Origin: an uncultured Clostridia bacterium
Lineage (GTDB): Bacteria; Bacillota; Clostridia; Christensenellales; UBA1242
Direction of reading: 5' to 3'
Assembly: GCA_944376825.1 (NCBI GenBank)
Contig: CALWDY010000012.1
Location: forward strand, 522-64,521
Length of the DNA stretch: 64,000 bases
Shown piece by piece: positions 8,414-15,564 of this stretch; the first letter of the stretch is position 1, and each line of letters begins with the position of its first letter. The notes under the pieces are model-generated. The model worked only from the letters and a program-made list of their open reading frames with translations. It made no database searches and was not told where the DNA came from. Position numbers and translations under genes: made by a program.

Positions 8414-9674
8414 TGCTAACCACCCTAAGCATATTATCTTTTACAAGTAGAATAAAAATTTCTTTAATAGATTTTAGTTCACTAAAATCATATTTTAAAA
8501 GATTTTGTTCAAATGTTTTGTCAAATGATATTTTTTTTATAAGATTATAGGCTTCTTGGTCGATGATAACATTTTTACATCCTATTAAAACATATTTATC
8601 CTTGTTTTTAACTATTTTTGCAATGCCTGTTTTAAAATGAAATTTTTTTATTTTGTCCCAACTTTCTTCAATTAATTCATTTACCAAAACATCATTGCAA
8701 CCAGATGCAGTTTTTCCTATTTCGCACTTACATCCACCAATACATCTTACAAATTTTGCACAATTTTTACATATAAGTGAGCAATTTCTTATATGAGATT
8801 TTAAAATTTCGTTATTATTTTCCCATATCTCTTGCAACGAAGAAGAATATAAATTGCCCAATATATCAGTAGAATTTCCACAAATTGTCACATCACCATT
8901 TGTTTCAATCGCACAAGATTCTATACCTGCGTTACAGGGAACAACATCATCTAAATCGATATTATTGCTATAACAGCCAACGGAACAATGTCCAAAATTA
9001 ATATAACTTTTTTCACTTCGCAATTTTTTTAAAAGCGTCAAAAGTTTGACTGCCAATTGTTTGGAATCTTTTGTTTGACCTTTTCCAATTTGAAAAACTC
9101 TTGTAACATTAAGTTTTATCCCCAAGCTTTTACAAATATTCGCTACAGATTGTAAATCCTTATAATTAGTGTTAAAATCAGTAGCAGTATAACAAATATC
9201 AATATAGATATTGGGATATGCGTTTCTCAAATATTTTATATTACTTATAACTCTTTCATAACAAGATGATTTGGTTATTGCGTTGTGAGTTTTTTCTCTA
9301 CCATGAAGAGAAATAGATATACCATTTACATAATTAAGACATTCTTTAAGATGAGGACTAGATAGCAAACAACCATTTGTTACAACACATTGGTATAAAC
9401 TTAGAGTTTTGCCGTATTTTAACAGGTCTAAAAAATTAGAATACATAAAAGGTTCTCCACCAGTATAAAAAACTCTAATTATTCCAAAATTTTTTAATTG
9501 TAATAAAAGGTCTTTTGCAAATTTAAAGTCCATTTCAATATGCTTGCTTTCACCTTGAGAACAAAATGAACAATTTAACATACAATTGTTTGTTATTTTA
9601 ACAAATACTGAAAAAGGATGTTCATTTAACAAATACTCATAATGGTTAGATAATATATTATTGTTATAAAGCAT
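8406..9674 (-). CDS. Radical SAM enzyme with a SPASM domain and a C-terminal PqqD-like (RRE-like) extension; putative peptide maturase
   Basis: CMLNCSFC (Cx3Cx2C) at residues ~31-38 and GGEPF. SPASM cysteines are CAIETNGDVTIC and CKNCAKFVRCIGGC (Cx2Cx5Cx3C). About 100 aa follow SPASM (KIVKNKDKYVLIGCKNVIIDQEAYNLIKKI). Confidence 0.85.
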   Translation of the reverse strand: MLYNNNILSNHYEYLLNEHPFSVFVKITNNCMLNCSFCSQGESKHIEMDFKFAKDLLLQLKNFGIIRVFYTGGEPFMYSNFLDLLKYGKTLSLYQCVVTNGCLLSSPHLKECLNYVNGISISLHGREKTHNAITKSSCYERVISNIKYLRNAYPNIYIDICYTATDFNTNYKDLQSVANICKSLGIKLNVTRVFQIGKGQTKDSKQLAVKLLTLLKKLRSEKSYINFGHCSVGCYSNNIDLDDVVPCNAGIESCAIETNGDVTICGNSTDILGNLYSSSLQEIWENNNEILKSHIRNCSLICKNCAKFVRCIGGCKCEIGKTASGCNDVLVNELIEESWDKIKKFHFKTGIAKIVKNKDKYVLIGCKNVIIDQEAYNLIKKISFDKTFEQNLLKYDFSELKSIKEIFILLVKDNMLRVVSNE

Positions 9675-9677
9675 AAG

Positions 9678-11585
9678 CTATCCTTTTAAAATTATATTAA
9701 GCTTTTCTATTTCTTCCCCCAAAAACACATCATAGAAAATATCTACTACATTCTCATTTTTATAATTAATATTTCTTATTTTTAACAACTCGGCAATTTC
9801 ACCATCTCTTTTTTCAAAATAATCAGGGTCCATTGCCCCCATATCCCATATTATTTGATAAGTACTATTTTTAATTTCACTTAAACACTCTAAAAACTCA
9901 CATGTCTTTTTAAGCTTTTTGCTTTTAACTTGAATTTGTTTGTTTAACAAATCATTAAAACTGATATTTTCCTTTTCCAATAATTGAATTGACTGGTTGT
10001 AACTTTCTAATAGAGTTTGGCCAAATGGAATAACTCCAACTAATAATTCATTAATTGCTGCACAATATTCTTTAATAAAAATTTTTAATAATTCATCATC
10101 GCAACTATCTAATGCCTTTACTAGTTTTTTAACAATTAAAAGAAGTTGATCTTTTATTGTTTTTAAAAAATCAGCATCTAAGTTTTTCCCCGCTTGATTG
10201 ATTTGACTATAAAATTGTAAAAATAGAGGTAATTTTTTAAACCTTTCAATTTCCATTATCCACAAATACTTGTTATTGTCTTCACTATATTTTGGACACA
10301 TTCCAAAATGCAGTCTTACAAACAACTCCAATTCTGCTCTATTATCTCCATCCAATTTTTCATTTGAATGAATTATAATCCCCTCATATGTAAGCTCTAT
10401 AAATACTTTTTGATCCCTTAATGAATATGCAAAATAATTTTCAAAACAATCCAAATCACTATAATTAAAATGAAATTTTTTGTTTAAATAAATATCATTA
10501 TTGTTAATTTTAATAATTCCGTGGATTGTATCAAGTTCAATTTTATCTCCCGTTTTAACTTTTTTTGTAATATCTTTGCAAGCAACAACACAAGGTATAT
10601 TTAATTCCCTAGCCAAAATTGCAGCATGACATAAAACAGAACCCGACTCCGTGATAATAGCCGATGCTTTTTTCATTGCTGGCAAAAAATATGTTTCAGT
10701 TGCCTGAGATATTAAAATGCTACCTTCTGGGAATTTATTAATTAATTTAACCATATCCTCATAAGGTAGATCAAAGTCTATGAAATAAGCGTCCCCATTG
10801 ACATTTCCATTTGTTATGATTATTCCTTGCCCTTCACTGTTAGAATATTCTTTATTAATATAAATTGGCTTTGTTATTGGCCTCATTTGAGTAATAAATG
10901 TACGATTTTCATTATCCACGCACCACTCAATATCAACGCCCTTAGGATAAGTATTGTTAATTTTGTTTATAATTGTAATAAGTTGTTGAATATTTTCCAA
11001 ATTTATAAAATTTCCGCTATACTCACAATAATTTTCTTCAAATTTACCATTTATAAATGGGACAACCATTTTAAAAGAATTATAAATTCCTGAAACTAAT
11101 TTATCTCCCTCCCCCTCAACAATTTCAATCATAGCAGCCCGTTGCCCATTGACATTTAGAGCATTTGTAAAACACACACCAGAATATACTGGTTCAATCA
11201 TTTCCTGAATAATAATACTCATTTCAACTTTATTATTAGTATATGATTTAACGACTTCTGAAGTGGAACTTTTAAGTACAAACAAAATTGCTTCCTTAAT
11301 TTTAAAATAATCATTGTCAACATTTAGCATTGTTTTAAATATACCCGCAAAAGAATTTAATTCGCCGTCTTCAACATCTGCAGAAGATCTAACTGCAAAT
11401 TTTTGTGATTTTGAAAAATGAGAAATAAAATCTTTTATTGCAATCTCATCCACCTTTTCATTTTTAAAACTTTTTACAATTATTCCTTTAGGAATTCTAA
11501 TATTCATTTTTGAAAGCAAGCTTAACCCATAAGCCTTACCACCGCACAAATTCGAACAAGTATCATATGTATATATCACAAGCAC
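9678..11585 (-). CDS. PPDK/PEP-synthase-like phosphotransferase: ATP-grasp PPDK_N, then a phosphohistidine swivel domain, then an unknown ~270-aa helical C-terminal domain
   Basis: CGGKAYGLSLL, FAVRSSADVEDGELNSFAGIF, IIQEMIEPVYSGVCFT and TQMRPIT (PPDK_N-like). ITESGSVLCHAAILARELNIPCVV is the PEP-utilizer mobile-domain His motif. The start is uncertain: GTG at 11585 or GTG at 11579, the latter better spaced from AGAGGTG. Confidence 0.75.
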   Translation of the reverse strand: MLVIYTYDTCSNLCGGKAYGLSLLSKMNIRIPKGIIVKSFKNEKVDEIAIKDFISHFSKSQKFAVRSSADVEDGELNSFAGIFKTMLNVDNDYFKIKEAILFVLKSSTSEVVKSYTNNKVEMSIIIQEMIEPVYSGVCFTNALNVNGQRAAMIEIVEGEGDKLVSGIYNSFKMVVPFINGKFEENYCEYSGNFINLENIQQLITIINKINNTYPKGVDIEWCVDNENRTFITQMRPITKPIYINKEYSNSEGQGIIITNGNVNGDAYFIDFDLPYEDMVKLINKFPEGSILISQATETYFLPAMKKASAIITESGSVLCHAAILARELNIPCVVACKDITKKVKTGDKIELDTIHGIIKINNNDIYLNKKFHFNYSDLDCFENYFAYSLRDQKVFIELTYEGIIIHSNEKLDGDNRAELELFVRLHFGMCPKYSEDNNKYLWIMEIERFKKLPLFLQFYSQINQAGKNLDADFLKTIKDQLLLIVKKLVKALDSCDDELLKIFIKEYCAAINELLVGVIPFGQTLLESYNQSIQLLEKENISFNDLLNKQIQVKSKKLKKTCEFLECLSEIKNSTYQIIWDMGAMDPDYFEKRDGEIAELLKIRNINYKNENVVDIFYDVFLGEEIEKLNIILKG

Positions 11586-11617
11586 ACCTCTTTATATATT
11601 TAAATTTTAATGTAAAT

Positions 11618-11646
11618 AATACCAAGCACAAAAAGTGCTTGGTATT
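11618..11646 (-). terminator. Strong intercistronic hairpin between the precursor ORF and the first enzyme gene (partial terminator, attenuator or mRNA-stabilising stem)
   Basis: Perfect 12-bp stem AATACCAAGCAC / GTGCTTGGTATT with a 5-nt loop. It starts 10 nt after the peptide stop codon. The downstream tract AUUUACAUU is only moderately U-rich. Confidence 0.55.
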
Positions 11647-11655
11647 ATACTTTTA

Positions 11656-11718
11656 TTAGCTTCTGTGAACACAGCATTCCGCTAATAATTCTTCGTCGGT
11701 CATTTCTACTTCTTTCAT
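11656..11718 (-). CDS. Unannotated 20-aa ORF, candidate RiPP precursor peptide MKEVEMTDEELLAECCVHRS
   Basis: ATG 11718 lies 7 nt downstream of a perfect AGGAGG (11726..11731); TAA stop at 11656..11658. It has its own promoter, is followed by a hairpin, and sits directly upstream of and co-directional with the rSAM/E1-like operon. Acidic N-terminal part and Cys-Cys-Val-His-Arg-Ser C-terminus. Confidence 0.7.
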   Translation of the reverse strand: MKEVEMTDEELLAECCVHRS

Positions 11719-11737
11719 AAACATGCCTCCTATGTAG

Positions 11738-11766
11738 AGTATGCAACAAATTCATTTAAATGTCAA
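11738..11766 (-). promoter_or_regulatory. Sigma-70-type promoter driving the precursor ORF and operon
   Basis: On the minus strand: TTGACA (11761..11766), a 17-nt spacer, then CATACT (11738..11743). The predicted TSS is a few nt upstream of the Shine-Dalgarno, giving a very short leader. Confidence 0.5.
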
Positions 11767-12092
11767 TAAAAAACAATTAAAAGCCATAATGGTAACTAGC
11801 ACATCATCAAACTCATTCATTCAAATAAAATGAGCGTAAAAATTACTCTTATTTTTTTATTCTAAAAACAGTTATGCGCCTTATAAATAGTTATAGCATT
11901 TTTAATTAAGCAACATTTTCAAGTTGTTTGTTATCGGTATCTTAAAAGTTTTTTCAAAACAGACATAGATAAATTAACGCCAATTGACTCTTTTGTTTTA
12001 ATATAAAATGCTATAACAATGTACCTTTAATCAAATTTTCTTTATCAACCATGCACTAAAAAATAAGAAACTCAATTCATCAATATAAAATT

Positions 12093-12311
12093 TTAATAGT
12101 TCTTTATATTTTTTGATACGGCAACAACACGTAAGTTTTTGCAGTCTTGCTTTTTTGCAAAATTCTCAATATGTTTAACAAGCAATTTCCCATAACCCCT
12201 ATCTCTGTAAATGCGACTCACATAAATCTCATCTATGTTAAAAGATTTTTCACCTTTTTCTATATATGCTTTATCTTTTGCTTCAATTTCAAAACATCCA
12301 AATGCGTATAA
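12093..12311 (-). pseudogene. GNAT acetyltransferase C-terminal remnant (no start codon)
   Basis: 72-codon stop-to-stop frame reading ...IDEIYVSRIYRDRGYGKLLVKHIENFAKKQDCKNLRVVAV..., which is GNAT motif A (R-x-x-G-x-G). The N-terminal half and the start are missing. Confidence 0.55.
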
Positions 12312-12392
12312 TTATGCAATTTTAATTTCAAAATTATTTTGCTAATATTTTTTATATTTTAAAAAATATTTTATGTTTTTTCTAATATTTCT

Positions 12393-13685
12393 TTATTTTT
12401 TTATAATTTTATTAAAATCTTTAACAATTTTCAACATACGCTCGTCTAAATACTTTAATCCTTGTTTTTCAATTTCTTTTGGAACACCATAGTAAGCGCC
12501 TGCTATTGCTCCCGTTATTGCCCCCATTGTGTCTGTATCTCCACCCCAAGAAATAACTTTTCTTATTGCATCTTCATATGAATTTGATACCAAAAACGCA
12601 AAAATGCTTTGCGGAACAGACTGTTGACACGAGCCCTCAAATTTGTAATTTTCAAACAAATCGTTTTCATCATAGTTCATTGGATAATAATTTTCGTCAA
12701 TATACTTTCCAATTTCTTCTTTACTACATCCGTTTAATGCCATCCACTCAGCCACCGCTGTTGCTTCTGCTCCTTTAATTCCTTCTGGATGATTGTGTGT
12801 TATCTCAGTTACTTTTCTTGATAACTCTTTTACTTCTTCTAAATTTTTTGCAACATAAGAGATTGCACTTATTCTCATTGCACTCCCATTACCAAAAGAA
12901 TTATAAGGTTTAGTGCTACCCGAAATTAACCACTTATAAAACATTCCACCATAACCTGCTGTGTTATAATAATTTTTACCTATTTCATGCATATTCACAA
13001 TTGTTATTTTGTCAAGATTTGTGTAATCTCCCTTGCAGTCAATTAAACTTTGTGCTATTGCACAAGTCATAACAGTGTCATCAGTAAAACGACAATAATT
13101 ATTGAATAATGGAAAATCTTTTAATTTTAAATTCATAAATTCATAAGGAGAGCCAACTATATCTCCAATTATGGTACCCATAAGCACCAATCTATTATCT
13201 TTAAGAACAAATTCTTCTGGTTTGGCTTCGTCAATACTCAATAAATTTGCTTCTGTAACATTTTTTGTTGCTATGTAGTTGTTTATATGTTCCAAATCTA
13301 TTTTTGATGAAAACCCACAATTCTCGTGAAATAATCTTGAACCTAAATTATAAATTCTAATATGGCAACTTATTGAGTTAAAACCTTTTAAATATTTAAA
13401 AATATATTCATAAATTTTTGTTCCTACGCCTTCTCTTTGGTAATTTGTATTTACAGCAATTTGTGCAATATACAAATCACCAATTCGATATAAATCTTTT
13501 TTTAAATAAGCATAACCAATTATATTTTTATTTAATCGTGCAACAACAAGATAATCGTATGGCAAAATGCCCTCATTTTCAAGTGTTCCCCCATTTTTTG
13601 CTAAATTTTCATTATTTATTTTTAATATTTGATTTTTGTCATTTTCATTTAAACTTTTTAATGTTTCAATTATATATTTTTCCAT
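12393..13685 (-). CDS. Fusion protein: N-terminal GNAT acetyltransferase domain plus C-terminal ADP-ribosylglycohydrolase (ARH/DraG-family) domain
   Basis: GNAT part: LYIAQIAVNTNYQREGVGTKIYEYI. ARH part: GDIVGSPYEF, FTDDTVMT, GNGSAMRISA, GGDTDTMGAITGAIAGAYYG. ATG 13685 (MEKYII) preferred over the upstream start at 13748. Confidence 0.7.
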   Translation of the reverse strand: MEKYIIETLKSLNENDKNQILKINNENLAKNGGTLENEGILPYDYLVVARLNKNIIGYAYLKKDLYRIGDLYIAQIAVNTNYQREGVGTKIYEYIFKYLKGFNSISCHIRIYNLGSRLFHENCGFSSKIDLEHINNYIATKNVTEANLLSIDEAKPEEFVLKDNRLVLMGTIIGDIVGSPYEFMNLKLKDFPLFNNYCRFTDDTVMTCAIAQSLIDCKGDYTNLDKITIVNMHEIGKNYYNTAGYGGMFYKWLISGSTKPYNSFGNGSAMRISAISYVAKNLEEVKELSRKVTEITHNHPEGIKGAEATAVAEWMALNGCSKEEIGKYIDENYYPMNYDENDLFENYKFEGSCQQSVPQSIFAFLVSNSYEDAIRKVISWGGDTDTMGAITGAIAGAYYGVPKEIEKQGLKYLDERMLKIVKDFNKIIKK

Positions 13686-14073
13686 ATTTTTCCTTTTATT
13701 TTTTTGTTTGCAAACATACAATGGTAAATTGAAATATATTAGATACAAATGTTAATTTTTTTGTTTATAAATATTTTTATTATTGTTATCTTTTACTATT
13801 AAAAATTTTATTTATGTATAATTCTGTTGCAAATTTATAATAAAATTTTTACTGTAACTAGATCTACATTCAACGATATTATCTACCAATATGATAGTGT
13901 ACCATACTTATACATTTTGAGGATGAACACACTGAGATGTCTTCCATTTTCAAACAGCAAACAGTTGCATTTTTTATAAATTCATTTAATAAATTTTCTT
14001 TTAAATTACAAAAACTTGATTTCCCTAAAACATATTTAATAATGTATTTCATAAACAAAGCCTCTAATATCAT

Positions 14074-14107
14074 ATAAAAAACAAAGAGTAGTAAGTGTCT
14101 ACTCTTT
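14074..14107 (-). terminator. Rho-independent terminator after 14124..14603
   Basis: 9-bp stem AAAGAGTAG / CTACTCTTT with a 7-nt loop, followed by a T-run on the minus strand. Confidence 0.6.
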
Positions 14108-14123
14108 GCAGTAAAATTATTTA

Positions 14124-14603
14124 TTAGTAAAACATTTTGTCAAGAAACTTTTGCAAAAAATCAATCTCATTTGCCTCGTGGTCAGCCCAAACAATATTAG
14201 GAACTGTGTAATAATTTGCAACAACATTTTTAGTCATTTCAACTATGTTGTTTATTTTCAACGAGTATATCGTCTTTACCGTGTAAATATCAAATTTAGT
14301 ATCGCAAATATAACTGCTAAATACTTTATATCGGTCAGCAAGATCGTCAAAATTTACCACAACAGAATCTTTTGTAATGGCATTTTGATAAGAATCCCCA
14401 TCAAAATCAAAAGGTGCATTGAAGCAAACTTCTGTGCTTTCTAGTCTATATATTTTGTTGTTTTCAGCAACGGCAACTATTTTTGCAAAAGTCCTATTTT
14501 CACTGTTTTGAACTGTTTGCATCATATCATTTGCTGTATAATAAAATGTTGCAGTCCAATTGGTTAAATCTTCGTTTTGAGAAACAATTTGCAATTTACG
14601 CAC
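14124..14603 (-). CDS. Hypothetical protein
   Basis: 159-aa ORF tightly following 14613..15068, with a terminator downstream. No recognisable motifs. Confidence 0.5.
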   Translation of the reverse strand: MRKLQIVSQNEDLTNWTATFYYTANDMMQTVQNSENRTFAKIVAVAENNKIYRLESTEVCFNAPFDFDGDSYQNAITKDSVVVNFDDLADRYKVFSSYICDTKFDIYTVKTIYSLKINNIVEMTKNVVANYYTVPNIVWADHEANEIDFLQKFLDKMFY

Positions 14604-14612
14604 AGCCTCAGC

Positions 14613-15068
14613 TTATTCTATTTGCACCACCATATTTGCCGTATTTTCATCAATTTCAAAATAGAAATGTGCAGTTTGATAAACGCCATATAAAGTACCT
14701 TTACTTTCATAATATGTTTCTTCACTAAGTTCTGGCTCTTCGATTGCCATCTTGTATAACTCCATCATAAAAACAATGTTATCGTTGTTTGTATAAGGTC
14801 CAGACCCATTATATTCAACTGTGCCAGACAAATAATCGTGAGTTCCTTCTTGAAGTTCCTTATTTGCCATAAGCGAAATCTCACTGTTTGGGCTTGCAGG
14901 ATCATTTGTTATTGCTTGATAACAATTCCCAACCAATGTTTTTAAATCTGTTGTTGTTAAACTTTTGTTTGAATTTTCTCGTCCAAAAAACAAAACCCCA
15001 AAATAAATGGCAACAACTGTTACTACTGTAGCATATAAAGCAAGAATTACTGTTCCAAATTTTTTCAT
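14613..15068 (-). CDS. Hypothetical N-terminally membrane-anchored or secreted protein
   Basis: 151-aa ORF with N-terminal MKKFGTVILALYATVVTVVAIYFGVLFF (signal anchor). Confidence 0.55.
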   Translation of the reverse strand: MKKFGTVILALYATVVTVVAIYFGVLFFGRENSNKSLTTTDLKTLVGNCYQAITNDPASPNSEISLMANKELQEGTHDYLSGTVEYNGSGPYTNNDNIVFMMELYKMAIEEPELSEETYYESKGTLYGVYQTAHFYFEIDENTANMVVQIE

Positions 15069-15564
15069 GTTAAACTCCTATTACACTGATTATGATAAAG
15101 TAAATATGCAGTTTTATAAAGTCCATTTATTGTTGTATATAATATGTAAATAGTATAGATGTATAAAAAAATTTTATATTTTACAAACAAAAAAAGTATT
15201 GCATTTTACATAAATAAGTTTTCTTTTTTTTATAAAAATAAAAAACCATAAAATTATTGATCTCAATACACCTAATTTGTTGCAAATGTTTATTAAATTA
15301 AAATATATAAATCCCAAAAACAAAGCATTTTACTTTTGGTATGTATTTTTATCACCCTATATCTTATTGCACAGAGATTTTACTAAAAATGTAATTGACA
15401 AAAAAAATTTTTTATTATAACATATAAAATATGAGGTATCATACAGTTATCATGAACTAAAAACATTAAGCAGTTGCACTGTAACTTGTGCAACAGTTTC
15501 TTGATGTTTTATATTATGATGAGTATGATTTTTTTATTTCATACTCCCAATTAAGGAGTATACA

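Noticed and set aside
10256-10264. Perfect DnaA-box-like nonamer TTATCCACA; also considered whether recF/gyrB proximity implies an oriC in the window.
   Set aside because: It is a single box inside a coding region. No cluster of boxes, no AT-rich unwinding element adjacent to dnaA/dnaN, and neither dnaA nor dnaN is present in the window.
10827-11093. Antisense 'shadow' ORFs inside longer genes. Examples are 10827..11093, 12566..12778, 13418..13732, 14151..14444, 15534..15749, 21573..22028, 25524..26048, 26151..26384, 33167..33670, 35450..35839, 38154..38510, 42586..43120, 46346..46726 and 54122..54373.
   Set aside because: Each lies fully within, and opposite to, a gene with clear family motifs. 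They have low-complexity, F/L/S/I-rich translations, lack Shine-Dalgarno sequences, and are expected by chance on the reverse strand of AT-rich coding DNA.
11741-11833. Additional small ORFs next to the precursor promoter: a plus-strand 30-aa ORF (MQQIHLNVNKKQLKAIMVTSTSSNSFIQIK) and a minus-strand 22-aa ORF at 11752..11820 (MNEFDDVLVTIMAFNCFLLTFK).
   Set aside because: Neither has a Shine-Dalgarno. Both overlap the -10/-35 elements of the precursor promoter, and neither has a Cys-rich or leader/core-like layout. They cannot be excluded as second peptides, but nothing in the sequence supports them.
13879-14073. 64-aa minus-strand ORF between the GNAT-ARH gene and 14124..14603.
   Set aside because: It lies downstream of the terminator of the preceding gene, has no Shine-Dalgarno, and has a Cys/Ser-rich low-information translation. 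Coding status is unsupported.
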